A DNA stretch of 52,082 nt from contig VHDG01000001.1 of the NCBI GenBank assembly GCA_016871475.1, positions 1 to 52,082 on the forward strand, given 5' to 3'. Both the position numbers and the translations under genes were made by a program. This document shows positions 1-9,700 of this stretch, piece by piece (the stretch's first letter is position 1; each line of letters begins with the position of its first letter). Below the pieces are notes generated by a model. The model had not been told where the DNA came from, did no database searches, and worked only from the letters and a program-made list of their open reading frames with translations. Origin of the DNA: Verrucomicrobiota bacterium (lineage in GTDB: Bacteria > Verrucomicrobiota > Verrucomicrobiia > Limisphaerales > UBA11320).

Positions 1-503
1 TGTATGAAGAGTCTCGCTACATGGCGTATTCATCACTGACCGCGGGGGCGTGGGGTGTGTTCCATTGGATTCACTGGCCGGGCTTTCCCCCCTCACCGAC
101 CATCGACGCCAATGTCGGACGCCTTTATCATGAGTTTCACACGTTGCTCCCCGCCCTTGAACAGAGTTACGAGAAGCCTCCGTTCACGGTCCGGCACAAC
201 CATGAAGGTATCACCCGCGACTTCCTAACCGATTCGGTTGCCGACGTCACAACGCTGGCACTTGAAGACGAGAACAACTACTACGTGATCGTCAGTGACA
301 ACAGCGGCGTCTTCAAGGATGTCACGCTGCGATTGTCGGGACTCAAACTGGACAACCAAAATTCTCGACCCGTAGAGGTACTCAATGAGAGCTGGGGCAA
401 GAACATAACCTATTCCCCCGAATCGGGTGAGTGGATCATTGCTCCCCATACCATGTGTTTCGGCGACATTAACGTCTGGGTCATTCCTAAGAAGACGCCC
501 TGA
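1..503 (+). CDS. 3' end of a CDS entering from upstream of the window; unassigned protein
   Basis: The frame of ORF 21..503 is already open from nt 3 (YEESRY precedes the first ATG), so the ATG at 21 is probably internal. TGA at 501-503. Composition is coding-like. No family recognised. Confidence 0.5.
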   Translation, partial: YEESRYMAYSSLTAGAWGVFHWIHWPGFPPSPTIDANVGRLYHEFHTLLPALEQSYEKPPFTVRHNHEGITRDFLTDSVADVTTLALEDENNYYVIVSDNSGVFKDVTLRLSGLKLDNQNSRPVEVLNESWGKNITYSPESGEWIIAPHTMCFGDINVWVIPKKTP

Positions 504-583
504 ACTGGCAGGTCGTAGACGAATCCGAAGCGCCTGGTCAAAAGAACCAGCGGAAAAACCGGAAGTAATTTTTGCATGGTTTC

Positions 584-2071
584 TTACTCCGGCAGCGGCC
601 GGCCCTTGGTTTCGGGCGCGAACCGAACCGCCACGACCCCCACAAGGAACACGACGGCGAGCGTCATGGCTGCGGGACGAAGCGGCATGCCATGGCCCAA
701 TCCGGCATACAGCACCGCGAGCTTGCCCAGCGTGAGCGATCCAAAGGCGGTGAGATAGCGGGCCACGTTGTAGCAAATCCCCACCCCCGTGCTGCGAAGC
801 CGCGTCGGAAACAATTCGGGAAAATAGATGGCATAGCCGCCGTAGATCGACGCCACGCAGAAGCCGAGCAAAGGCAGCATCCAGTAAACATCGGAGCGTG
901 ACTTGAGCCACCCGAACGTGATCCAAGTCGCGCCGAGCGCCAGCAGAAAAGCCACAGCAAAGGCGCGCCGCCGTCCCACCCTTGAGGTAAACCAGGTGAA
1001 AGCATAAATGCCGAACATCCCGGCGATGTCCTGCAGCAACGTTCCTCGCCCCACGAGTTGATCGCTTTCGGCTTTCCAGGCTTTCACAATACCCGCTGTT
1101 GCCGCCGGGTCGGCCGCCACCAACGCCGCGAGTTCATTCACCGGCAGCGTGGCCACGCGGTCCCGCTCGGCTTCAGTCGTGAATTTGACGGTCTCAAGGA
1201 TGGTCTGCCGACGTTCTTCGACCAGTGAGCTGCGCACCAGTTCCGGCGTCCAATAGCCAATGCCCCAGAGGCCGGTCTGACCGGCCAGCGCCAGCAGAAG
1301 GCCGATGATGAGATGATAGCGGAGCGTGGCATTGCGAAAAATTTCCCTGAAATCACCGAGCTGCCGATGCAACTCGTCAGGTCCAGCGCCATCGGCCGGG
1401 CGGGTTTCATCGGCTCGCCGGCTCGCTTGGACCCAGCGGTCAGGCTCCTTGAGCCGAAAACGAATCACGATGACCAACAATGCGGGAAGCACGCCCAGCA
1501 GAAAAAGAACACGCCACCCAGCCCATCCGCCGACTTCCGATTCCGGCCCGAGATAAATGCTGATCCAGGAGGCGATCAAATGTCCCAACGCACCAAGGCC
1601 CTGCAAGAGACCGAGGCAATAGGGGCGAGCACGTTCCGGCACCACCTCTGCGACCAACGCGATGCCTGCGGCATATTCGCCTCCGATCCCCAAGCCGCAA
1701 AAAAAACGGTACGCAGCGAAATCCCACCATGACTGCGCGAAGCTGGACAGCCCCGTGAAGACCGCGTAAATGAGGATGGTGATCATCATCGTCTTGGTGC
1801 GCCCGAGGCGATCGCCCAGCAGACCGAAGAAGAGGCCTCCCGTGGCCCAGCCGAGAATGAAGATCATCGTCGCGTAACCGGCGTATTGCGTGATCGCGGA
1901 CTCGCTCAGGTGAGGCATGAGGTCCTGAAGCGCCGGCGTGCGGGCCAGGACAAAGAGCCGCTGATCCATGCCGTCGAACAACCAGCCCAGCGTGGCCACG
2001 GTGAGGACCCACCAATGGTAGCGGTTCAGCTCACGCCACCAGGGCCCCGCTGATTCGGAGGCCGCGCTCAT
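584..2071 (-). CDS. MFS transporter (12-TM major facilitator)
   Basis: 495 aa with alternating hydrophobic segments. MFS loop motif GLLGDRLGRTKTM after TM2, and FFCGLGIGGEYAAG...PERARP in the TM4-TM5 region. It is the last gene of the co-directional minus-strand block. Confidence 0.88.
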   Translation of the reverse strand: MSAASESAGPWWRELNRYHWWVLTVATLGWLFDGMDQRLFVLARTPALQDLMPHLSESAITQYAGYATMIFILGWATGGLFFGLLGDRLGRTKTMMITILIYAVFTGLSSFAQSWWDFAAYRFFCGLGIGGEYAAGIALVAEVVPERARPYCLGLLQGLGALGHLIASWISIYLGPESEVGGWAGWRVLFLLGVLPALLVIVIRFRLKEPDRWVQASRRADETRPADGAGPDELHRQLGDFREIFRNATLRYHLIIGLLLALAGQTGLWGIGYWTPELVRSSLVEERRQTILETVKFTTEAERDRVATLPVNELAALVAADPAATAGIVKAWKAESDQLVGRGTLLQDIAGMFGIYAFTWFTSRVGRRRAFAVAFLLALGATWITFGWLKSRSDVYWMLPLLGFCVASIYGGYAIYFPELFPTRLRSTGVGICYNVARYLTAFGSLTLGKLAVLYAGLGHGMPLRPAAMTLAVVFLVGVVAVRFAPETKGRPLPE

Positions 2072-2120
2072 TCCTTCGGTGTGCTAGCGAGTTGCATCCA
2101 GCCTCTAGCGGCATCAAGAG

Positions 2121-3563
2121 TCACGCGCGAGTGAGACGTTCGAAGAGGTTGTTGTGGCCGCCCACGTCGGTGAGGCGTTGCTGGCGGCCCTCGAAGAGGT
2201 AGGTCAATCGTTCGTGATCGAGGCCCAGGAACGTCAGCAGGGTGGCGTGCAGATCGTGGACGTGAACTTTGTCTTCCACCGCGCGGAATCCGAACTCGTC
2301 CGTGGCGCCGATGGCCTTGCCGCCGCGAATGCCGCCGCCAGCCAGCCATGTGGTGAAGCCGTAGGGGTTATGGTCGCGTCCCAAACTGCCCTGCATGACG
2401 GGTGTACGGCCGAATTCGCCCGTCCAGACGACGAGCGTGTTTTCCAGCAGGCCGCGTTGTTTGAGGTCGGTGAGCAACGCTGCGATCGGCTGATCCACGC
2501 GTTCCGCATTGGACTCATGGTTCTTCGCGCATTCGCCGTGGCCGTCCCAATCGTTGTTGTAGAGCTGCACGTAGCGCACGCCGCGTTCGACCATGCGACG
2601 GGCGAGGAGGCACATGCGCCCGAACTTCGCGGTCGGCCCCTTGTCCACTCCATACAACTCGCGTGTCGCGGCAGGTTCCTTCGAGATATCGATCAAGTCC
2701 GGCGCGGCGGTTTGCATGCGGAACGCCAGTTCGTAGTTCGCGAGACGCGCTTCGAGACGCGTGTCGTCGGGTCGCTCGGTGTGATGACGCTGGTTCCAGC
2801 GATTCACGTAATCAAGCACGCGGCGTTGCTCCTCCTTCTCGAAGGGCGGGGTGAGGTTCTGGATCGGCGCACCTTCGGTGCGGATCACCGTGCCTTGGTA
2901 GGCCGCGGGCAGGAAGCCCGATCCGAAACTTACCGCTGCGCCGGCGCGGAATCCGCCGTCGGACATCACCATATAGGAGGGCAGATTGTCGCTCAGCGAG
3001 CCGAGTCCGTACATCACCCATGCGCCGGTGCTGGGATACCCCAGCTTCGCCGTGCCGCAATGCAACAGCCCGAGCGCCGGACCGTGGATGAAAGATTCGT
3101 GATAGCACGAGCGAATGACGGCCAAGTCGTCAGCGTGCCGGGCGACGTGCCGAAACAGATCCGACACCTCCAACCCGGATTGGCCGTATCGCTGAAACTT
3201 GAACGGCGAGCCCATCAGCCTGCCATCGGTGGCCTTCATGAATTGCAGCATGAGGCCGTCACTCTTGAAGCTGTCCGGCAGCGGCTTGCCGTCGTACTTC
3301 TGCAACTCAGGCTTGGGATCGAAGGTGTCCATGTGGCTCGGCCCGCCGGTCATGAACAGGAAAATCACGTGCTGTGCCTTGCTTGCAAAGTGGGGCAACC
3401 TCACGGACAACGGATTCCGCGAGAGCGCGCCGGTCGCGTGCAGATCCTCCCGCATCAACAACGAACCCAAAGCCACGGCGCCGAAGCCGTGTGCGGATTT
3501 CTGCAAAAATTCGCGCCGGTTCAGGGCAACTGCGTGGCGTCCACAAGTGTTGCTATTTTTCAT
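2121..3563 (-). CDS. DUF1501 family protein (sulfatase/alkaline-phosphatase superfamily), pair 1
   Basis: 480 aa. N-terminal twin-arginine-like NRREFLQKSAHGFGAVAL. Family-typical blocks FMTGGPSHMDTFDPKP, WDGHG, GEFGRTP and GRDHNP. Starts 6 bp after the stop of the DUF1553 gene. Confidence 0.92.
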   Translation of the reverse strand: MKNSNTCGRHAVALNRREFLQKSAHGFGAVALGSLLMREDLHATGALSRNPLSVRLPHFASKAQHVIFLFMTGGPSHMDTFDPKPELQKYDGKPLPDSFKSDGLMLQFMKATDGRLMGSPFKFQRYGQSGLEVSDLFRHVARHADDLAVIRSCYHESFIHGPALGLLHCGTAKLGYPSTGAWVMYGLGSLSDNLPSYMVMSDGGFRAGAAVSFGSGFLPAAYQGTVIRTEGAPIQNLTPPFEKEEQRRVLDYVNRWNQRHHTERPDDTRLEARLANYELAFRMQTAAPDLIDISKEPAATRELYGVDKGPTAKFGRMCLLARRMVERGVRYVQLYNNDWDGHGECAKNHESNAERVDQPIAALLTDLKQRGLLENTLVVWTGEFGRTPVMQGSLGRDHNPYGFTTWLAGGGIRGGKAIGATDEFGFRAVEDKVHVHDLHATLLTFLGLDHERLTYLFEGRQQRLTDVGGHNNLFERLTRA

Positions 3564-3569
3564 GGCGTG

Positions 3570-6500
3570 CTAGTCGATGTAACTGAACTCATTCAGATTC
3601 AAGAGCGACAGACAAAACTTCGTCAGCGCGGCGGCTTGCTCTTTGGGCAAGCGTTTCAACGCGTCGGGCATGGAGCCGGTTTCCTTGGTAACGTCGGCGG
3701 TCTTCGTGAAGGCATCGATCATTTCCAGGGATTCGCTTTTCTCGGTGGGGGTCGGAGCGCGCCCCAGCGCCCAGCGCCAGGCGCGGTCGATCCACGCCAC
3801 CGGGTCCAAGGCAATCGTTCGCTCGACGCGAAGCGCCTTGCCTATCACGCCACCGCCATGGGCGAGCGACTCGCAGTACTGCCAGCCCGCTGGCGTTGGA
3901 TTCGCAGCAAGAGAAAACGCCGCGGCCAAGTCGTTTGTCTGAGTGGCCGACGTAATGGTGAAATTCACTCCGACGAAGTCGCCTTGGAGGATTTCCAGGC
4001 GAAACGAGTCACCGGGGGCGCACGGGATCGCTTCCAACGCCTCCGCGCCCGCGCGCCCGCGCGCGAACCCGAACGGCCTGGACGAAGTTCCCGACGCGTC
4101 GTCGATGCCGGCTTCGGTGAGCAGATCACGGTCGTTCTTCCACAGCTTCCAACTTCCGCCACGGCCCAACTGGCGAATGTTCCACACGCCGCCCGTGATC
4201 TTCACGGGGCCGCCTGAATAGTCTGGTGGCGCCTTCCAGAGCACGCTCGACATGCCGTGCGTGATAACCGTCCCGATCGGATCGTCGAAGCTCGGCGTCG
4301 AGTGACCGTTGTCGACGCGCTTGGCCCAGCCGGCGTGGACGCCGGACGCTTTGCCTTCCCAGCCGGTCTGGCCGGGGCCGAAGTCCGGCTCGTTCCAGCC
4401 TTGACCCGGTTTGCCGACGAGCCGGGCGGCGAATTCGCGCGCCTGTTGGCCGGCGACTTTGTTGTTCATGAACCACAACGCTTGCGGCGCAACCGTCGTC
4501 ACGTCCCGGGCGGCGGCGCTCACAGAGTTGACCGGCAGATCGAAGACATCGAAGAGCGGGAATCGAAAGTTGCGGCGCGTCAAGATGTACAGACCGCGGC
4601 GCGTGTGATCTTTCGGATCGGCGGACACGATCCAGTTGCCTGACGGCATCTCGTCGCCCGTGAGCGGCGGCGCAACGGGCCGTCCGCCCAACGCAAGGTT
4701 CAGCGTGCCGGCCACGGCGTGCAGGTTGTCCCAGATCGTTTCGGCTTCGAGGCGCCGGCGATTCGCGCGCCAGAGCAGGCGGTTCTCGGGATCAGCGCGC
4801 AAATTCGCCTCATGCGCGAAGCGGCTGTCCATTTGATAGGCGCTCGACCGCAGGATCAGCCGATGCAACGTCTTCAGGCTCCAGCCTTGCGTCATGAACT
4901 CGACGGCCAGCCAATCGAGCAGTTCCGGGTGCGAAGGCAGCTCGCCCATCTTGCCAAAATCGTTCAGGGTCGCGACGATCCCGCGCTCGAAATGCCAGTG
5001 CCAGACGCGATTCACCATCACTCGGGCCGTGAGTGGATGATTCGTCTTCGTAAGCCACAGCGCGAGCTGCTTACGGCTGCCGAACGGGCCGGGTAACGCG
5101 CCCTCCCACCGACTGTTCTCTTTCAGCACTGCAGGTAAATCTGCGCCCACCGGATCACGCGCGCGCTTGATCTCGCCGCGATTCAAGATGTGAATGACCG
5201 GCACCAGCTCGGGTCGTTCGTGGCCCAGGACGCTGACGGTCGGGATTTCCATCAAGCCGTCGAACGGGCCGTCGTGCGCCGTGGACTCGGGCATGGATAG
5301 GACCGCGTTGGCGATGCCTTCGAGCAGACGCTGTTTCTTCTGCTTCTCTTCGGGTGTGAGCTCGCGGTCTCTCGTGTGCGCTTCAAAGAGGCGATACGCC
5401 TTGCGCGCTTCACTGGCGGCGATGACGCGTGGGTAATGCTGCTTGAAGTCCGCAATGCCCATCGCCGGAATGATCGGCGCCTCGACTTCGCGGCTGCCGG
5501 CGAAGACCGCTTGCAGAGCGAAGTAATCACGCTGCGTGAAGGGATCGAACTTGTGATCGTGACAGCGCGCGCAGCCGAAGGTTAGCCCCATGAAGGCGCT
5601 GGCGGTCGTATCGACCCAGTCCGTGAGCCTTTCGTAAGCAAGCTTGGGCGCGTCCATGTTCGACTCATGCACTTGCGGACCGAGCGTGTAAAAGCCCGTG
5701 GCGACGCGGGCCTCGAAGTGCCGCTTCTTGGCCTCGGGCAGTTGATACGAACCGTCGAGATCGAGGTTGTCCGGCCACAGCTCGTCGCCGGCAATCTGTT
5801 CCTGGACGAACCGATCATACGGCTTGTCGTCGTTGAACGAGTTCACGACGTAATCGCGATAGCGCCACGCGTTGCGGTAATAGATATCGGTCTCGTATCC
5901 GCCGCTGTCGGCGTAGCGCGCGACATCGAGCCAGTGCCGGCCCCAACGTTCGCCGTAATGTTTGGAGGCGAGCAGCGAATCGATCAGCTTCGGCCATGCT
6001 TCCGGCGACGCATCGTTGACAAAGGCCTCGACCTGCTCCGGTGTCGGCGGCAGACCAAGCAAATCAAAGTACGCGCGGCGAACCAGCGTGCGTCGATCCG
6101 CGCGCGGGGCGTGCGACAACCCTTTTTCCTCCAGTTTCGCGAGAACAAAGGCATCGATCGGCGTCGTGACCCACTTTGAAGCTTTGACGGCGGGAACCGC
6201 CGGGCGTCGCGGCGGGACCAACGACCAAAACCGTTTCGCTTCCTCCGTGATGGGCGAACTAGTTAAAACGGCGGCGTCCCCGCGTCGCGGATCCGGGGCT
6301 CCCATCTTCACCCAGGCCTCGAAATCGGCGATCTGCTGTTCGGTGAGCTTTCCGCCGTTTTTCCTGGGCGGCATTCGCAGGTCTTCGTCCGTGTAGCGAA
6401 TGGCTTTGATGAGCAGGCTTTGCTCGGGTGAACCGGGCACAAGCGCCGTGCCCGAATCGCCGCCTTTCATCCAGCCGTCGCGCGAGTCGAGCCGCAGGGC

Positions 6501-6674
6501 GGCCTTGAGGCTCTTGGCTTCGGCGCTGTGACATTCGTAACAGCGCTCGATGAGGACCGGACGGATCCGATTCTCGAAGAAGTCCAAATTCTCGCGCGTG
6601 GGTTCGGCCGCGCCAGCGCAAGCCAGGGAAGCAATCCCCACCCAAAGCAGTACGAGGTTTTCGCGTCTGTTCAT
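3570..6674 (-). CDS. PSCyt1 (c-type haem CxxCH) + DUF1549 (PSCyt2) + DUF1553 (PSD1) protein carrying an inserted A-module, pair 1
   Basis: 1034 aa. Signal peptide [27 protein letters not shown] at nt 6528-6542. DUF1549 block [24 protein letters not shown] and DUF1553 block [14 protein letters not shown] ~195-aa insert lies between FAARLVGK and [12 protein letters not shown]; the two paralogs in this window have only 8-9 aa at that position. Confidence 0.92.
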   Translation of the reverse strand: MNRRENLVLLWVGIASLACAGAAEPTRENLDFFENRIRPVLIERCYECHSAEAKSLKAALRLDSRDGWMKGGDSGTALVPGSPEQSLLIKAIRYTDEDLRMPPRKNGGKLTEQQIADFEAWVKMGAPDPRRGDAAVLTSSPITEEAKRFWSLVPPRRPAVPAVKASKWVTTPIDAFVLAKLEEKGLSHAPRADRRTLVRRAYFDLLGLPPTPEQVEAFVNDASPEAWPKLIDSLLASKHYGERWGRHWLDVARYADSGGYETDIYYRNAWRYRDYVVNSFNDDKPYDRFVQEQIAGDELWPDNLDLDGSYQLPEAKKRHFEARVATGFYTLGPQVHESNMDAPKLAYERLTDWVDTTASAFMGLTFGCARCHDHKFDPFTQRDYFALQAVFAGSREVEAPIIPAMGIADFKQHYPRVIAASEARKAYRLFEAHTRDRELTPEEKQKKQRLLEGIANAVLSMPESTAHDGPFDGLMEIPTVSVLGHERPELVPVIHILNRGEIKRARDPVGADLPAVLKENSRWEGALPGPFGSRKQLALWLTKTNHPLTARVMVNRVWHWHFERGIVATLNDFGKMGELPSHPELLDWLAVEFMTQGWSLKTLHRLILRSSAYQMDSRFAHEANLRADPENRLLWRANRRRLEAETIWDNLHAVAGTLNLALGGRPVAPPLTGDEMPSGNWIVSADPKDHTRRGLYILTRRNFRFPLFDVFDLPVNSVSAAARDVTTVAPQALWFMNNKVAGQQAREFAARLVGKPGQGWNEPDFGPGQTGWEGKASGVHAGWAKRVDNGHSTPSFDDPIGTVITHGMSSVLWKAPPDYSGGPVKITGGVWNIRQLGRGGSWKLWKNDRDLLTEAGIDDASGTSSRPFGFARGRAGAEALEAIPCAPGDSFRLEILQGDFVGVNFTITSATQTNDLAAAFSLAANPTPAGWQYCESLAHGGGVIGKALRVERTIALDPVAWIDRAWRWALGRAPTPTEKSESLEMIDAFTKTADVTKETGSMPDALKRLPKEQAAALTKFCLSLLNLNEFSYID
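3831..4400 (-). repeat. A-module, circularly permuted copy inserted in the DUF1553 domain
   Basis: It starts [70 protein letters not shown] and ends with [27 protein letters not shown]. In every other copy that last segment is N-terminal. Confidence 0.8.
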
Positions 6675-6758
6675 GCTTCAATTCGATCGGTCGTAACTTT
6701 CATGAAAAGACCGTCCGAATGCGAGTTTTATTCGACCGTTTTGCCGTTCGTATGCCAT

Positions 6759-9700
6759 CTACCGGCGAATCAAGCGGTAAAACTTCGCCGCCATTGTTGG
6801 AGGAACCACGTGTGGATTGTTCGCGTTGGCCGAGTCGCTCCACGCTCCGGTCACAGCGTCCGCTTCTTGCAGCGTCCCGGCACCGGTCCACGAGATTTCG
6901 ACATTGGTTCCGGCGACTCGGATGGCCACGGTCAGCGGCGGATCAGGCGTGTAGGTCGCGATGCTGAATTGCACCGACACGAAGTCGCCTTGGAGAATCT
7001 CGAGCCGGAACGAATCACCCGCCGAGTAAGGGAGGTCCAGCAACGCCGCCGCGCCGCCGCTGCCGGAGTTCAAGCCCTTGGGCGACGTCGAGGTGCCGGA
7101 GCTGTCATTGATTGTGCCTTCGGACAACAGATTCGTTTCGTTCCCCCACAGCCGCCATAGTCCGCTGCGCCCGAATTGGCGGATGTTCCAGAATCCGCCG
7201 GCCAGACACGCGACGCCGCCGGGATCGTTCGGAGGCGCCGTCCACAACACACTGGTCGGCCCGTGCGTCAACACGCTGCCGATCGGGTCATCGTAGTTGG
7301 GAGTGGCGTTGCCGTTGTCGATGCGCTTGGCCCAACCCGCATGAGCGCCCGCGCGCGCGCCGACCCAGCCGGTCTGGCCCGCCCCGAAGTCGGGCTGGTT
7401 CCAATTCTCAACGGCCGCGCCCACAGGCCCGCCGCCGTTGCCGAGCGATTCGCTGTATTGCCAGCCGGTCGCCGTTGGATTCGCGTCGAGAGCAAAGTCA
7501 GCGACCAAGTCATGAACCTTTCTCGTTGTGAGCGCGAAGTCCACGGCGACAAAATCGCCGGCCAGAATCTCGAGGCGGAACGTATCGCCCGCCCCGTAGG
7601 CAATGCCGCGCAGCGCACTTTCACCGCCGCTGCCCGTCGCAAAACTCTTGGGCGCAGCGGAAGTGCCTTGCGAATCGTCGATTATGCCTTCGCTGATCAA
7701 GATCGTGTCGTTGTGCCACAACCGCCACGTGCCGGAGCGACCGAAGTGGCGGATATTCCACAAACCGCCGCTGATGTCGGCCACCCCGCCGCGATCATTG
7801 GCCGGGGCCTTCCAGAGAACGCTGGTGGCTCCGTGCGTCAGGATCGTGCCGGGCGGATCGTCGTAGCTCGGCGTTGCGTTGCCGTTGTCCACTCGCCGGG
7901 CCCAACCCGCATGAGCGCCCGCGCGCGCGCCGACCCAGCCGGGCTGGTTCGCGCCGAAGTCCGGCTGATTCCAGTTTTGAACCACAGGACCGACCGGCCC
8001 GCCGCCATTGCCGAGCGACTCGCTGTATTGCCAGCCATCGCTCGTCGGATTCGCGTCGAGTTTGAAGTCGGCCGCGAGGCTGTGCCGCGTGCCTTTGATG
8101 GCCGGCGGCGGCGCCTTCACGGTGAGCGTGGCCTCGTCGCTCAGCACGACGCCGACGGCATTGCTGACCACGGCGCGGTACTGGCCCGCTTGCGCGAAGG
8201 AGACACCCGTGAGCGTCAGGGTGGAACTCGTCTGGCCCGGCAAATCCGCGCCTTTAAATTGCCATTGAAAGCTGATCGGGGACGTGCCGAGGGCTCGGAT
8301 GCTGAACGTCGCGTCGCCGCCGGCGATCACCGTTTGATCGTCGGGATGGCGCGAAACGATCGGATCAGCCGGCACGGGATACGTGCTGATCCGCAGTCTC
8401 ACGCCCACGAAATCTTCTTCCAGCACTTCCAGCCGAAACGTATCGCCGGCTCGGTAACGAATGCCCCGCAACCCTCCCGGGCCACTGTCGCCTGCCGCCA
8501 GATTCAACGGATTGCCGGACGCGCCGGAATCGTCGTTGATCGCGCCGCTGGTGATCAGGATCGTGTCGTTCTTCCACAGCCGCCACGTGCCGCTGCGATT
8601 CAAGCGGCGCAAATTCCATAACCCGCCACTGAGGTCGGCCAGGCCGCCGGGGTCGTTGCCGGGCGCGCGCCACAGCAAGCTGGTTCTGCCGTGGGTCATG
8701 ATCGTGCCTTCCGGATCGTCCAGCGGAGGCGTGGGATTGCCGTTGTCAACGCGCCGCGCCCAACCGGCGTGCGCGCCCGGCGGAGACGCACCTTGCCAGC
8801 CGGGTTGACCGCCGCCGAAGTCCGGCTGATTCCAGTTTGGCGTGACGGGACCCACGATGCCGCCGCCGTCCGCCAGCGCGCGGCTGTACTGCCAGCCAGT
8901 CGAAGTGGGATTCGCCTCGAGGCTGAAATCGGCGCTGGCATCGTGCAGTTGCCGGGTGATGATAGTCATGTTGAGGGCGACGAAATCGTTCACGCCGACG
9001 CTTGCGACTTCGAAGCGAAAGGAATCTCCCGCCTGGTAAGGAATGTTGCGCAACGCATTCGGGCCGCTCGAGCCGTTCGCAAAATTCAGGGGCGAGCGTG
9101 AATCGCCGGAATTGTCATCGACCACTCCGTCGGTCAGGAGCTCCGTGTCATTTTTTAAGATGCGCCAGTTACTCGGCCGGTTGAGATGGCGGATGTTCCA
9201 AAGACTGCCGCGGATGTCCGCGACGCCGCCGCGGTCATCCGGGGGCGCCGTCCACATCACGCTGGTCGGCCCGTGCGTAATGATCGACCCGACCGGGTCG
9301 TCATACGTGGGCGTCGGACTGCCGTTATCGATGCGCTTGGCCCAACCCGCGTGGGCGCCGGCGCGCACGCCGACCCAACCCGGTTGGCTGGGGCCGAAGT
9401 CCGGTTGATTCCAATTCGGAACCACATTTCCGACCGGCCCGCCGCCGTTGGCGATCGATTCACTGTATTGCCAGCCGGTCGCCGTCGGATTCGCGTCGAG
9501 GCTGAAGTCGGCTGACAAATCATGACGCGCGCCGCTGACTGAGTCGGGCCGGGGCGTGACTTGAAGGTTCGCCGGCAGGCTCGTGCGCGAGCCGTTTCCG
9601 TTGCTCACCTGCACCGTGTAGGTGCCCGAGCGCTCGAACGCCACGTCGTTCAGCGCGAGCGACGCCCCGGTTTCACCGGCGATCTCGACGCCTTCGTAAA

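Noticed and set aside
504-583. Small stem-loops in the convergent gap (CTGGT-N7-ACCAG; CGG-AAAAA-CCG) considered as terminators. The same applies to 4-6-bp stems in gaps 20801-21150 and 39410-39614.
   Set aside because: The stems are too short and weak, and they lack T-tracts, so they cannot be distinguished from chance in GC-rich sequence.
2154-4217. A 687-aa plus-strand ORF, plus similar long ORFs at 7176-8621, 11810-12778, 14318-15619, 17750-19975, 26221-27135, 31395-32492, 22166-23071 and 46712-47638.
   Set aside because: Each lies antisense to, or out of frame with, a gene that has clear family motifs. Their translations are Arg/Ala/Gly/Pro-rich and low in complexity, with no recognisable motifs. 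This is the usual stop-codon-poor antisense artefact of high-GC DNA.
7419-7499. Recent gene conversion or assembly collapse as the explanation for identical peptide stretches in modules of different genes.
   Set aside because: The DNA beneath the identical 27 aa differs at 14 synonymous codon positions between 7419-7499 and 35740-35820, so the copies are old and maintained independently.
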